A DNA stretch of 64,000 nucleotides, from the NCBI RefSeq assembly GCF_009914755.1, contig NC_060932.1. One strand, 5' to 3'. Shown here in pieces: positions 42,917-56,700 of the stretch (position 1 is the first letter of the stretch; each line of letters opens with the position of its first letter). The position numbers and the translations under genes were made by a program. A model generated the notes under the pieces. That model ran no database searches, was not told the DNA's origin, and saw only the letters and a list, made by a program, of their open reading frames with translations. This stretch comes from the human T2T-CHM13v2.0 reference genome, Homo sapiens.

Positions 42917-43168
42917 CTGGATTTGCCCCCATGTGTTGTATTTGTCAATCAGGACTCCCGCATTTTTCCTTTCTGTTCTGTTGTCTTCTTCATGCATGAA
43001 CTACATGTTGAGTGTGATAGGGGAGAAGCTTCTCCTAACAAACTGGATTTGCCCCGGGGTATTGTATTTGCCAATCAGGAACTACTGCATTTTTACTTTC
43101 TGTTCTTTTGTCTTCTTCATGCACAAACTACATGTTGAGTGTGATAGGGGAGAACCTTCCCATAAAAC
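42917..43168. repeat. Tandem duplication, 2 x about 126 bp
   Basis: Units start CTGGATTTGCCCC at 42917 and 43043. By manual alignment there are about 13 differences over about 118 nt. Confidence 0.95.
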
Positions 43169-44729
43169 CTAAAATGGCAAAGTAAAAAGATTAGAGTCAA
43201 TTCTCAGCAAGAAGGACAAAAGTACGTGAATTTAAATAGCCTTTACATAGCACATCACTTATTGAATCTCCTGGAAACAGTCACTTTTTCGTCTTCATGA
43301 AAATAATGAAAGTCAGCTGCACACAGATTTTCCAGCAGTGGGCATTGGGGACTAGAATAAGCACATTTTTCAGCTAGGCTGACTCATCCACATCTATTGG
43401 AATGAAGATCTCTGCCAAGTATGGCTGAGGAGAGGAAGATGTAAAAACTATTTGTTTATATCATGTTTTTTATCCTCATGCAAAGGTATTTATGTGATTT
43501 GTGTAAGAACGGCAATTAATTTTCATGTATTTCTTCCTTGGGTTTTCCCCAATTTCCACATAACACTGGCTACTCAGTGGAGGAAGACTTTTCTGAAAAG
43601 AGATTTAAACCCTTTCCAATGTTATTTTTGAATCATTCTATGTAGATTTGACTAAAGATGAGGTTTTCACTTGCCTTTATGTACTGTGTATTTGAACTGC
43701 TCATAGAATCCCTTGTTCTTTAAATACGCTGTGCATTCATGGATAAAATGAAATCTATATGAGATCTCTCTGAGGATTTTTGTTATTCTTATGCTTGTCT
43801 TCTGAGCATCTTCAAGTAATTGATTTTTACCCAGTAACTGTAAGTAGTCAGTTTTTATAAAAAGTGGTTACTTTGGGGGAATTGGCAAGAGGGAAACTAG
43901 TAATTGAGGATGTAGTTTATATATGTCATGTAGCTCAGAGCATGAGGTATGTATTAGTTTTTTTACAGATTAATTTAAATAAGTGAAAGAAAATAGAAAA
44001 GGAAAAGAAAGTGGTCACTGTACTGAGCTCATAAGAGAAGTGATGCCACACAGAAAAACAAGCACACAGAAACTTGTCTTAGCATTCTGAGGACTCATTA
44101 AAAAATGAGTTGCATCTGACAGATGTGTAGTTGTATGCATTTTTAATCTCAGCCATATGGAGGCAGAAATCCTACTAAAACAGTGCTATTTCAAACAGTT
44201 ATATCTATGGAAATGCATATAAATAATGCTTCTCATTCAAAGATGAAAGGTAAAACAGGCAACTAAACTGTTCCTATAAGTTTAAATGAGATGCCCAACA
44301 AAGAATTGTCAGTAAGGGATAATTGCTGTAAGTCTTCAGTAGACATTAAGATTCCATGTACTTTTCTGTTTAATTTTAGTGAAAATTGTGTTACTGCACT
44401 TTGACTTTGTAATTTACAAAACCTTTTAATTTTTTGGAACTAGGACATGACTCTAAATACCATTATAAATAATGAATCTTGTATGACTGGGTACATTATG
44501 TCAAGGGAAATTCCCTGCCCCTCATGAACCTAATATCAGAGCATCTAGATCAGCGAAAGAATTCTAAGAGCTTCCTAATATCAAACAGGTCTTCTTATCC
44601 AATTCCATCCAAACACAGAGGCCAAGACTTCTAACAGCACTAATAACTCCAACAGCAGATATGTGTGTGTGTGTGTGTGTGTGTGCTCATGTGTGCACGC
44701 TTTTGTGTGTGTGTGTAATTTTTAAAACT

Positions 44730-44730
44730 T

Positions 44731-44771
<41 letters not shown>

Positions 44772-44920
44772 AGTGGTGAAGCCTCACTATGTTGCCCAGG
44801 CTGGAGCACAATAGCTGTTCATAGGCAAGATCATAGCTCACTGCAGCTTCCAGTTCCTGGCCTCAAGCAATCCTCCCACCTCAGTTTCTAGATTAGCTGG
44901 GATTACAGGCACATGCAACC
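44730..44920 (-). mobile_element. Old Alu right monomer (AluJ/FRAM) with a (TTTA)n tail, next to a (TG)n repeat
   Basis: GTTGCCCAGGCTGGAG...ATCATAGCTCACTGCAGC...CTCAAGCAATCCTCCCACCTCAG. Confidence 0.85.
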
Positions 44921-44985
44921 TAGTTATATTTTACTACAACTAAGTAACTAGTTTAATCAATTGTTTTTGCTAAATTAAACTTCCG

Positions 44986-45370
44986 TGCTGTGGTTTGAAT
45001 GTGTCCCCCAAAGCTCATGTGCTGGCAACTTAATCCCCAATGCAATAGTGTTGTGATGATCCATTCTTGAGGGTCATGAGGTCATGAGGGCTGTGCCCTC
45101 TGGAATGGATTATTGCCATTAATTTGAAAGTAGGTTAGTATTTGCCTGGGAAATTGGTTCCTTATAGAAGGATTTCAATCTCTTGCTCTCTCTTGCTCTC
45201 TTACCCTTCTGCCATCCACCATGGGATGAAACTGCATGAAGGCCCTCATAGAGGTGGACCCCTTGATCTTGAACTCCCCAATCTCCAGAACTGTAAGAAA
45301 TAAATTTATTTTCTTTAGAAATTACCCAGTCTATGGTATTTTGTTATAGCAACACAAAATGGGCTAATAT
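44986..45370 (+). mobile_element. MST-like MaLR solo LTR
   Basis: TGCTGTGGTTTGAATGTGTCCCCCAAAG...CTCCAGAACTGTAAGAAATAAATT...TTGTTATAGCAACACAAAATGG. Confidence 0.85.
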
Positions 45371-46594
45371 ATTTTGTGAAACAGCTGATTTTCTCCCCAA
45401 TTTAGCAAAGTATGAATCCAATAGATTAGGCAGGCTGTTTACTTTTACACAAGACCATACTCCCTGATGAAGATGTACTAGAATCTTTTTCTTCTAATCT
45501 TTTTATGTAAATAACATCCAGCAAATAAAGCTGAATTTCTAATTAGCTTGCTTTCATTCAGAATTTTTAGAAACTACTTTTAAGTTTAAAAATATAATCA
45601 CATATGTGTTATACAAATAATTATACATTATATGATATATAACATAATTTATATATAATATGCCTATAAAGTAAAAGCCACAGTAAATGCTGACACTGGC
45701 ATTGCAGATGTAAGATTTCTGTAGTCAATTCTTATTTTCTTTAAAATTGCTTATTGGGTTTTCAAATAATAAAAAATACAAAGCAAGGTAGATTATAGAA
45801 AATAACTAAAGAAATAGGGCCATTTAGCATCTATCACTAGCTGAGTGACTTTTAACAAGTTCTTTAGCCTTCCTGTGGCTTTATTTCTTTTGCTGTAAAA
45901 GGTTCCACTTGTGAGATGATGCATATAAGACATGTAATACAATGCCTAGCACACAGTAAGAACTCAATAGACTTAAATTTTAAGTAAATTAAGCCCCATA
46001 CCAGATGTGTGAAATACAAAGAAATCATGACTACATTCTATACTGAATATAGAGAAAACTTAAAGCAATAAGATTTTTTTGTAGGTTTAATGGAGAGTTA
46101 TCAATAGTATTGCTTTCTACTTTATATGAAAAATAATACATGTTGAAACTCCTGCAATCTTCGGTTGAAGTAAGATAAATATGACATAAAGGAAGATCAG
46201 CTGGCTGCTGACATGGCACCTCATGAGGTGGAAATTTATTAGTGGGGTCACTGGGCTCTGGTTTTGTAAGTGAAGAAATTTGATTTTATGCAGATCAGAA
46301 TAATTCAGATTGTCTAGAATAGATTCACACTGAATAGCATGACAAGGGTGGATATGTAAATCAAATGCCAATGTGTTAATTTGCCTTTCTCAAGTACTGA
46401 AATACTTGAACTCTCCATTGAGGGTACCAATAGTGAATGAGATGTGTGATTTGGTAAGGATAGGAAAAAAAAAAAAGAAAACATTAGGAAATGGGTGGTT
46501 TAGAGGATGTATATGCCCTAGACGGGGGGAAAACGTCACAAACTTTTCCTCTAACAAAGTAAAGTACAACTTTCTAATTAGTAGAACACTCTTT

Positions 46595-46860
46595 CCTGCT
46601 AGTTGCAAGCCCTGCTGAGCTCACAATGAAGAATCAGCATCAGCCTCCAGCCCTGTGAGTGAGCCACCTGGAATGCCAGCCCACATTAGATGACTGTAGT
46701 CCCAGACTTCATCTGACCACAAGTGTATGAGAGATGCCAATCAAGAGCTGCCCAGCTGAGGGTGGTCAAATCATAGAACTGTGAGAGATAATAATAAATT
46801 GTTGTTTTAAGCCACTAAGTTTTGGGATGGTATGTAATGCAGCAATACATTCTAGAAACA
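46595..46860 (+). mobile_element. MLT1 LTR 3' part
   Basis: AGAACTGTGAGAGATAATAATAAATTGTTGTTTTAAGCCACTAAGTTTTGGGATGG. Confidence 0.75.
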
Positions 46861-46928
46861 ATCATCTCCTGTTCCTCAATCCATCTTTTGCTTCAACTAG
46901 ATTATGATATTCAATAAACTTCCTATTC

Positions 46929-47227
<299 letters not shown>

Positions 47228-47269
47228 CCTATTCTTTTTTATTCAATATTTTTGGATTACTTTTACAAG

Positions 47270-48430
47270 ACCTTTTTATTCATTTATTCATGTAACATAT
47301 ATTTATTGCTTCTATATATCAGGTGCTAGTCTAGAAATGTCAAATCCCCTTCCTTTACAGATCTTATATTTTAGTGATGGAGACAGACAATAAACAAGAT
47401 AAGTTATTAGGGCTAAGAAGAAAAAATAAAACAAGCAAAAGATAAAACATGCAACGCTGAGGGATGAGTGGAGCAGTGGAGATGTTATAGAGGGTGGATG
47501 AGGAGGCTTCCCTGAGAAAGTGAGTTAAGACCTGCAGGAAGTGAAAGAGCTAACCTAGTGAATAACTCAGGAAATTCGAAGTGTGTCTGGTGGAAAAGAG
47601 GACAGTGCAAATAGAAAAAAGGATGAAAGTAATAAGAGATGAGGCTAAGAGAGATAATGTCGAGCCTTTTAGGTCATAGTTAGAATTGTGACTTTCATTT
47701 TGAATAAGACAGGAGTCCACTGAAGTATTTTACAAAGAGGAGTGACATAATTAGACATGATTGACAGAATCATTCTGAGTATTGTGTTGAGAACAGACGG
47801 TAAAGGACCACAAGTAGAGAGACCAAGGAGGAAACCATTGTAGTCAATCAGGTAAGAGATGATGGTGTCTTTGGCTAGCGTGGTATTTGATGAGTGTCAG
47901 GGGTCTCGGATATGATTTTACTCCACTTATACTCTAATATGTTAAACTGTAACTGTTTCACAGAACCTGGCAGAAGATATGAGACTCTTGGGTCAGAGAC
48001 AAAGGACTTTATTACTCAGGGCATAGCAACCAGCATGAGCTTTATGTTTGTGTTGGTTCCTCTTGTACTGCCAAGTCCCTTAGAGGCAATATGGACAGGC
48101 CCAGATGAATGCTACATAATTGGTGGGCATGTGTTGCAGCTGAGGAACACTGAGCTTGGGAAATCCATCTCTTTTATAGTAATAGGCAATAAGCAAACCT
48201 GCTCTTTGTCCTGGAGGATGGGATTGCCCCAACGCTTCAGGGTGTTTATCACAAACACAACCCTGAGAAAGATCCTGAGTGAAGGGTGGTCAGGGCCTTG
48301 CATTCTTGGCATAACTGGCCAGAATGTATAGGGACTCACAGGTGGTTTGTCTGGCAAGTTGAAGTGAGAAGTAGTTAAATTCTGGATATATATTTAAATT
48401 AAAGTTAAGATTTGCCAGTGGCTTTAATTT
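47270..48430 (-). mobile_element. L2 relic interrupted by an LTR
   Basis: Purine-rich antisense L2-like sequence (GAGGAGTGACATAATTAGA; AGAGATGATGGTG...TTCTGGATATATATTT) that resumes after 48356. Confidence 0.65.
47895..48356 (-). mobile_element. Solo LTR (ERVL-type, family uncertain)
   Basis: TG...CA termini, the motif GGGTCAGAGACAAAGGACTTTATTACTCA with a minus-strand AATAAA, and a clean interruption of the L2. Confidence 0.6.
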
Positions 48431-49234
48431 GTGAGACATTTTTCTAAATAATCCAACCTTTTATTAGTTAACTTGAGACCAATTTTATCTACAAGTATTG
48501 GGAGTACCTTATATTTACTCCCAGTATACTGAATATACCTACCGTCTAGTTGGATATAATTGACTACATCCCAATTCCAAACCTCAAAATAATATATTCA
48601 GGTCACAACACACTTGAAAATCTTCAGATGAAAGAAGAAATTAAACATCTGAGAATGTTACCATATCCCAAATTTGGCAACTGGTGAGATAATGCACTAG
48701 ATAATATAGTTTATAAAAAGTGGGGACATTATCATTTAAATTTTTTCTAACTAAAGAAAACACTATTTTCTCCTTGCAAAGTCTACCACTTGCATCATCT
48801 GCTTCTGAAAGATATCCACTTTCAAACTACGTTTTGCATATGTGCAAATTTCCAATTATACCCTCTTTAACCTTAGAAGGAATTCAAAGATCCAAAGTTG
48901 CAAGATAATGCTTGCATTATCAGAAAAAATATTTATCAAATAACAAAATATACAAACATGCTACATAATACACTTCCTTTTTTATAACAAAAATTAATGA
49001 AAATAATATTCTACTTGTTGGCATTCAACATTTCAGCAAGCCAAGGTGTGTCTGAAGTTCTTAAATTAGTTTCTCAATCTGGGGAAGTGTTTTAGTTCTT
49101 CAGGTTACAATTATACCTAATCAATAAAAAATAATTAAAGCTGAAACTGCTAGTGTATGATCAGTAGAAAGCCTAATTAATATGCTCCATGAGAACATGT
49201 CATGCTAATAGAACATTCCTTCATGCTCAACACT

Positions 49235-49405
49235 GACTAGATATTAGAATCAATTGGTGCTTAGAATACAACACAAAGAATACCATGTCTAGGCCCTGGT
49301 CCTGGAAAATTGGTTCAACTGGTTTTGAATGGAGCCAGGCCTTAGGATTTTTTTTAAAAGCTCTGTAGGTGAATGTAATGTTCAGTCATCATTGAGTACC
49401 ACTGT
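49235..49405. mobile_element. MER5-like hAT DNA transposon
   Basis: ATTAGAATCA...TTTTTAAAAGCTCTGTAGGTGAATGTAATGTTCAG...TTGAGTACCACTG. Confidence 0.6.
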
Positions 49406-49495
49406 GCTATTGAATTCCAAAATACCACTCTCCCAAAGTCAAATGTGCGGCCTAGTGTTCTATGTCATTAGACGTATTGAAAATAAAATATTCTC

Positions 49496-49863
<368 letters not shown>

Positions 49864-50705
49864 TCATAGAGAGGCATCCTCAAATATCCCAAATCTATTC
49901 ATTTTCTTTTTCTGCTTAGAACTTGAATAATAATAGTCTTGCCCTTCTTGCTTATTTCCTCTGTGTGCCCTAAACTTCCAAATCTAAAGACTCCTGTTTA
50001 TCCAAATTGCACCGTCTTCCAAATGTTAATAAGGGGACCTCAATTTGATAAGACTGGGGCTACTCTACCTCTTATGTTACAGTTGAAATTGCCTTCAACA
50101 TCTCAATTCCCAAGCTTCTAGGAATCCAAAGCTATCTTCAAGATTTCTACAGATTCTTAGAGAATAAGCATTCTCCCAGTCTCTTCAACTTTTTGGCTCA
50201 AGTTGCCTCTGCTTGCAACATGTGAACTTCAGCCGGAAACTCAGTCCTTCTTTGCTGCTCGTACTCACTAAACAGTCCCTTGCATAGAATATTCCTGAGT
50301 TTTATTACACTTTACTGACCATTCTGGCAATAAGGGAAGGTGGTAAGGAGGGTAATTCTGAGATAAACTGCTAATTGTCTCTCAACATACATTCTCTCTT
50401 CCTTCCTTTCAGTAATTCACCACTCCCTTCTCCCCACAACTCAAAGATTTTCTTTGTTTGGAAAGACATGTCTATTCCTAAAAGAAATTCTGATGACAGT
50501 TGTTGTGATAATATAAACCATACTACAGCATTTTTGAACAATAATTGGTATATATTAGCCCCTTATATATGCATAGGAAGTATTCTTCTTTCTTTGAAAT
50601 AGTTTGCTAATATAAAATCTTATTTTTCTGCCTAAAAATATCTTCCAGAATTTGGAAATAAAACATCAAGTAGTCTAAAACCATGGAATTTGACAGGCTT
50701 TTAAA

Positions 50706-51001
50706 TTTTTTTTCTGAGACAGGGCCTTGCTCTGTCAGCCAGGCTGGAGTGCAGTGGCAACATCATAGCTAACTGTAGCCTCAACCTTCTGGGCTCAAAT
50801 GATCCTCCTGCCTCAGGCTCCTGAGTAGCTAGGACTACAGGCACGCACCACCATTCCCAGATAATTTCCTAATTTTTTTGTAAAAATGAGATTTTGTTAT
50901 GTTGCCCAGGCTGGTGGTCTTAAACTCTTGGCCTCAAGTGATTTTCTTGCCTCAGTCTCCTGAAGTGTTGGGATTACAGGTGTGAGCCACCTTACCTGGC
51001 C
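50706..51001 (-). mobile_element. AluJ, full length
   Basis: ATCATAGCTAACTGTAGCCTC...GGGCTCAAATGATCCTCC shows J-type diagnostics and is CpG-depleted. Confidence 0.92.
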
Positions 51002-51519
51002 AACTTTGTAGATAAACAAATTCAAGTTGTTTGGAGTTTTATTTTCATTTCATCTCAAGATAAAATAAATGAATGCTGATATAACCAGTGGTGCCATTGT
51101 TGAAAAACTAACCTCCATAAGCTGGCATCAAATACAAACATCTCTAGTCTCAGCATTTTCTGCTTTCTTGATTGCTTAGGCTCTTTAAAACTAAAATTCT
51201 ATGACTTTTTGACTAAGCCAGCTATTAAATGATGGTAGAATTGAGTGGTCTGGTAAACAAGAGATTCTGTTTACCTGAAATATTTCATTTATGCCATGAA
51301 ATATAAACCATTGTTAAAGAGCATACAAAAATGTCTGCCTGTTATTATGGTTACACATTTTTTATCTCAATCTTCTATAAGCAAGAAGATGCAGGCTTTC
51401 TATCTCTCCCCATCAACTAAAGCCATGACTTTTGTACTAAATAACAGGCTGGAGGTAAGGGGAAGGGAAGAATTAGGGTGTTGGGAGCAGGCGGGCCATG
51501 GTGATGGTGTTCGTATGTG

Positions 51520-51770
51520 TTTTAAGAGTGTGGCCTCAGAAACCAGATACCCCAAGTTCAAATCTCAAATCTACCACTAACTATCTGTGTGATATTAGGC
51601 AAAATGCTTAACTTGTCCATACCTCAGTTGGAATAAAGATTTGTAAAATAAGAATAATGATTTATTATAATAATGATAGTACCACCTAACAGGGGTATCA
51701 TGGAGATTAAGGTTCACACAGTGCCCTTAACATATTGTAAGAGTTAAATAAATGCTAGCTATTGTATTAA
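51520..51770 (+). mobile_element. MIR
   Basis: GTTCAAATCTCAAATCTACCACTAACTATCTGTGTGA...GGCAAAATGCTTAAC...CCTCAGTT. Confidence 0.7.
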
Positions 51771-54700
51771 GAAACTGAACTGATCAGACTTGATATCAAC
51801 TGAAATTTCAGTTTGTGTGGGTAGGATCTGGTACATAATATCTCATCACTTCTGCAACTAATTATACTAACAGAAGTGACACATTTTATTATCTAAGAGA
51901 TGAAATGCCATCCCCAATCATAGAAAATTTCCTCTTACTTATTCTTTCTATGGGGGATTACACCCACTTTAAATGAGAGTGAAAATTCTGAAGAAGACAT
52001 CTGTTTTGTCTTACATGTTATATATGTCTTCATATTCACACACAGATAGCATGTACTTTCCATGTGTTCTAGCCAGGAAAACAGCAGAAAATGTTAGAAG
52101 CACATTATACTCTGCATGAAGCATCTGAAGTCAGCAAAAGAACCAAAAAAAAATGATTGTACTGTCAGAGTTAAAAATTCAAAAATATTAATCAACTTTT
52201 ATAATCATCTGTAGGTTACCATGCATAAATGGCCCTTGTGAATTTTTCTCCCTCATGTCAATGAATTTTATAACTAGCGTTTTTAAAAAAACAAACCAAA
52301 CATTTAGTCAAGTGCATGGTTCTCACTTATCTCTGATGCTGCGTTGTGGAAATTGTTTTTGAATACTTAAAAAACAAAACTCATCATCATCCTCACCGAA
52401 CCAGGGTTGAATGTCAGCTTGATGGTAAATGATCCATGGCCCCAAAGTAATGCCTTTGCAGGTGGGAGTGTTCCAGTGAATATTCGGACATGAACTGTCA
52501 AAAGGGATATGCACAGCAGTTTCAGCATTCGAGGGAAGGCATATTATTATATCATTGTATAAATGGCCTTTGCCAAACAGTAACATGGATAGGAGAGGGG
52601 GCAATCTCTAACCAGCAGTTGTGGTGGAAGGCGACTGCGCCCTCTATCCCCCACTGCATGCGGAAATAAGAGAAATGCTTGAAGTTTAATAAGTTTTCAG
52701 ATTTCCAGCCACCCTTTTGTTTAAAATCGGTTCTAACTTTTGACTTCTGCATGCTGCGTTTCGTGTTCCACACAGTAACTTTCTTTATTTTGCAGAATGG
52801 CATTAACTTCTACTACACTGCCACATTTAACTATGCATTAAGCATCTGGTACAATAGACTAAGCAACACAGAAAGCAGGATTATGCTGTCAGACTTAATA
52901 ATTCAGGAATATTAACCAGCTCTCATAATTATCAGTAGTTCTTCACATGTAATTGGCCCTCGATGTACATTTCTGTACTTCTGTGTAGCTCTCTGCATAA
53001 CAGTATAAGGTAATAGTGCCTAATCTTTCATGTAACTAACAGAGTTAATTTGGCTAAATGAAATCAATTCATCAGTGATAGTAGCTCCTTGCCACAATAA
53101 AGAATTACTTAATCACACACACACTCAAACACATGTATACACCTTACCAAACAGCTATTTTAAAACAACACAACACACTTATTGCAGGCAGTAACGAAGG
53201 AGTAAAAGCTGTTTTGCCTTAGGCAAACTTGAGAAAGGAGGAAAGTAAACCATGTTCAAAACTTTACCTGTGAAGTCAACATCAAGAGCTTGGCTTACTG
53301 CAAGCTTTGGTTTGAGACCATTTGCTTCCCTTTTTAATTAAAATGCTTTTGTCATCTGCTGTGACTCTACCTGTACTACTGCAGGACTGTTCAAATCCAC
53401 TTTATACTTGGTCTTAAACAGCTTAATTGCAATTTAGACAACACATCATTTACCTGCAAGGGTCAGAGTTCAGGATCCCGGGCTGAAGCAGTGAGAACTG
53501 GTCAGAAGCTCTTGTTCTCATAATATCCTTATTTGAACACACTAGGTTGAAAGACTGTCTACTGTGTTGATCCTAGACAAATGTCTCTTTAAACATATTA
53601 CTAATTGATATTAACATTTTCCATGCCTTTGCAGTTTCCTGTTTTCTTCCCTTGCTTTCAATTGCCATTTCCTGTGCATGCCACCACATCTGAGGGAAGT
53701 GACTGCTTTTCTCTATGGTGATTTTCTACTATTTATATGAAGTGGGCTTTGAAACAATAGGAATAAATGTGCTTTGAGTGAGGAAGGGAGTTTATAGAGT
53801 AGCAAAGTGAATGTACATCAGTACTCCTTCCCTGTGCCTGAACTGTTCAAAGCACTTTGGGTTGCTCTCTGCTGCTTGACTATGTTTCAGATTGATAAAG
53901 TTTGCTAATATTTGAACTCTGGTTAGGGGAGCTATCTAGGAAAGATAGTTTTCATATGTTTCCTTTTGTATGTTAAAGGAAGGATCTAGCGAATGCATTT
54001 CTTAGAGTGATTGTTTCAGTGACTGACACTGAAGAAGTTCTAGAATCAGAGTGGGTCTGCCTGTCATTAGGAAAGGCACGCTTGGAACTGTTAGAATATA
54101 TGCTACTTGCTATCTGATAGTAGGCTGCAAAAGCTAGCCTTTTTGTCTCTATAATAGGGTTCCTAGTGAAATAAAAAGAGAAAAGTTCTTAAAGTGAAGG
54201 ATGTATGTTTTCAGAGGTAAGAATGAGGAAGTAGAAAATATGACAAGCTCATTCATTTGGAAAATCTAGCTCATGAAAAGAAGTGGAATAGTATTTCATT
54301 AAAAGAATCATTGAACCGCTCTGAGACTCAGTTTCCTCATTTAAAAAAATGAGAATGGCACTCAACTAACAGAGGTTTTTCTGGGGATTAAGTTAGGTAT
54401 ATAAGGCACTGAGCATGATACATAATAAATACTTTATAAATGATATTTATATACTCCTCTTTTGCTAGAACTCATCAAACAGTGCCCCAATTGGATTTGA
54501 CTCTTTTTATATTAACATGTTGTGACTAAATTAAATGGTTAAATATCATTATCTAATATTAAATATTATGAATATTGAGTTCAAGACTCATTTTCCTTTA
54601 CACAATTTGATTATAAACTTAAAACAAACTTAATATTTCCCCAAGGAATTTAGTCAACAGGGAAACATTTTAAGACTTAATTTAGAGAAAAAAATTCAGG

Positions 54701-54869
54701 AATATATGTTGTAAAATAAAATCTTAAAACTTCAGATGTGATACCTGGTGCATAAATGGCAACAGAACTCCTAAAAAGAGAAAATAAATCTAGGCAATTT
54801 ATTTTAAAAACATGTTTGTTTCTGTTTATTTTTTTTTTCAGTTTAAAAGAAGTATCCTGATCTCTTCGC

Positions 54870-55480
54870 ACGTGCCAACCACTGTGCCAGGGACAGAGAA
54901 TACAATACAAAATAGGATATAGCCACTACCTCGCCGCTACCTCAAGAATTTGACAGATACAATAACACTTCTTTATAAAAACAATGTAAATGTAGTGATA
55001 GAAATAGTCATACACTTTAGGACCACAGATAAAGTGAGCCTGACAGGACCAGCGTAGAAGAGGAGGGAGTCGGGAGAAGCTTCCTGAAGGAGGTACCATG
55101 TCAGCCAAGTCTAACGGAAGTAAGTGAAGGCATTCCAGGCAGAGCAGAGCATGGGCAGAAGCATAGCCTGCGAAACAATGGAGTGAGTGCTGGGAAGCAC
55201 AAGGGCAGGTGGGAGGTAGGGACGAAGCGGGACACAAAGGCGAGATGCTGGAGCAGATCACCTAGAGCTCTGTATGCTGAATCCAGGAGCTTAACATTAA
55301 CCCTGTGCATGGATGAATGTTTAAATGTTTTCATCAGGGTAGTGAATCAGTCAAATCTGCATTTAAGGTAAAACAGTGACATTGGTACCTAGGCTGAATT
55401 GGACAAGGCTGTTGAGGATAAGGTGGTGGAAGGGATGCCATGTATTGACTTTAGGTGAGGAAAAATGAAGACCCAAATTA
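54870..55480 (-). mobile_element. L2 relic
   Basis: GGGAGAAGCTTCCTGAAGGAGG...GGCATTCCAGGCAGAG follows the antisense L2 pattern. Confidence 0.6.
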
Positions 55481-55899
55481 GGACAATGCTAAATTCGTAA
55501 CCTATCAATATACTCACATACACACATGAAAAGACAAACATATATTTTTAGGTATTGCAGCACTGTTTGGAAGGCTAGAAACAACCATAGTGTTTTTGTT
55601 TGAGTTTAATGCATAGATATAAATATGTAAGATGTTGGTAATTTCAGTGGGGATATGTGGGAGTAGCTGAAGAAATCAGAAAATTTTACTTCTCCAGGAC
55701 CTTCCCAGTCATCTCATATTGAGATCTTTTTTGTCATCAAAGGTAAAATGTTGTTGTTTTTCAAAACAAATTCAAATAGGATAAAGTCTGAGAAAAAGGA
55801 CAATACCCCCTGATAGATTAGCCTTGCATCATCATCTTAGACTGTTGTTCTCTACTCATGGGTAATCACTAGAGTCATTTGCTATAAATTAAGAATAAG

Positions 55900-56700
55900 G
55901 GAAATATATTGACTATCAACACAATTATTAGATTTTGTTCTGAAAATTCTATTTAATATAAGACAAGAAAAATATGCAATGAGGATACTTGAAATGAGCT
56001 AATACATATTTGTATTATTTCTAATTCTGCAAAACATAAGAGATTCAACTGTAAAAACTAATAAAACTAAAATGAATGTTCAATAATGTGGCATATTATG
56101 AATTACAAAAATACTACATATATTCTGTATACTAGCAATTGTCACCTACTACCAATGAGGAATAATTCTATTCCTAATGACAAAATTTGAAATATTTAAG
56201 ACTAAGTTACCAAAGATGTGTAGAAAGCATTTGAGGAAAACTGAAATTTTTTACTGGGCAAGGTTGAAAGAGTAGAATAAATTGAGTGCAATACAAACTT
56301 TGTGAATTTAGAGGATTTACCATTTTTAATATGCGAATTCTACCCCCAAATTAATCAGAAAATCATTATGATTCTAATGAAAATACTAATAAAGAAAATT
56401 TTAGAACATAACGTAATCATTTAAAAATTTGTGGTAAGCAAAACCGTCTCCCAAATTACCAAGGCAATTTTGAGAATAAGAAGCAAGCAATATAGGTATT
56501 TGCCCTAAAAGCAGTTACATCTATGATAAAGCAATAATAATTCCACCTATTTTTTTCTTACTGGTGTTGCAATAGTCAGACATATCAATAGAACAGACTA
56601 GATCAGATCCAGCCTCATTATCAACCCCAATGATCAAATAAACTTAATGGTACATAACTTTTGACTTAAGAAATTGGCTAAGATTACAAATATGTATCCT
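55900..56700 (+). mobile_element. Ancient L1M ORF2 relic
   Basis: A-rich, with L1-like motifs (CCAAGGCAATTTTGAGAA...AGACATATCAATAGAACAGA). Confidence 0.55.

Noticed and set aside
42917-43168. Direct repeats here and at 13729-13790 as a CRISPR-like or other array system
   Set aside because: Only 2-3 units, no unique spacers and no associated genes, in primate DNA.
47894-48331. 145-aa ORF
   Set aside because: It lies within a solo LTR, has a non-ATG start and shows no recognisable domain.
52323-52915. ORFs 52323..52604 (-) and 52679..52915 (+), and an acceptor-like TTCTTTATTTTGCAG at about 52781-52795, as a hidden coding exon
   Set aside because: No recognisable protein similarity and no convincing paired donor. 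A non-coding element is the simpler explanation, though PhyloCSF would settle it.
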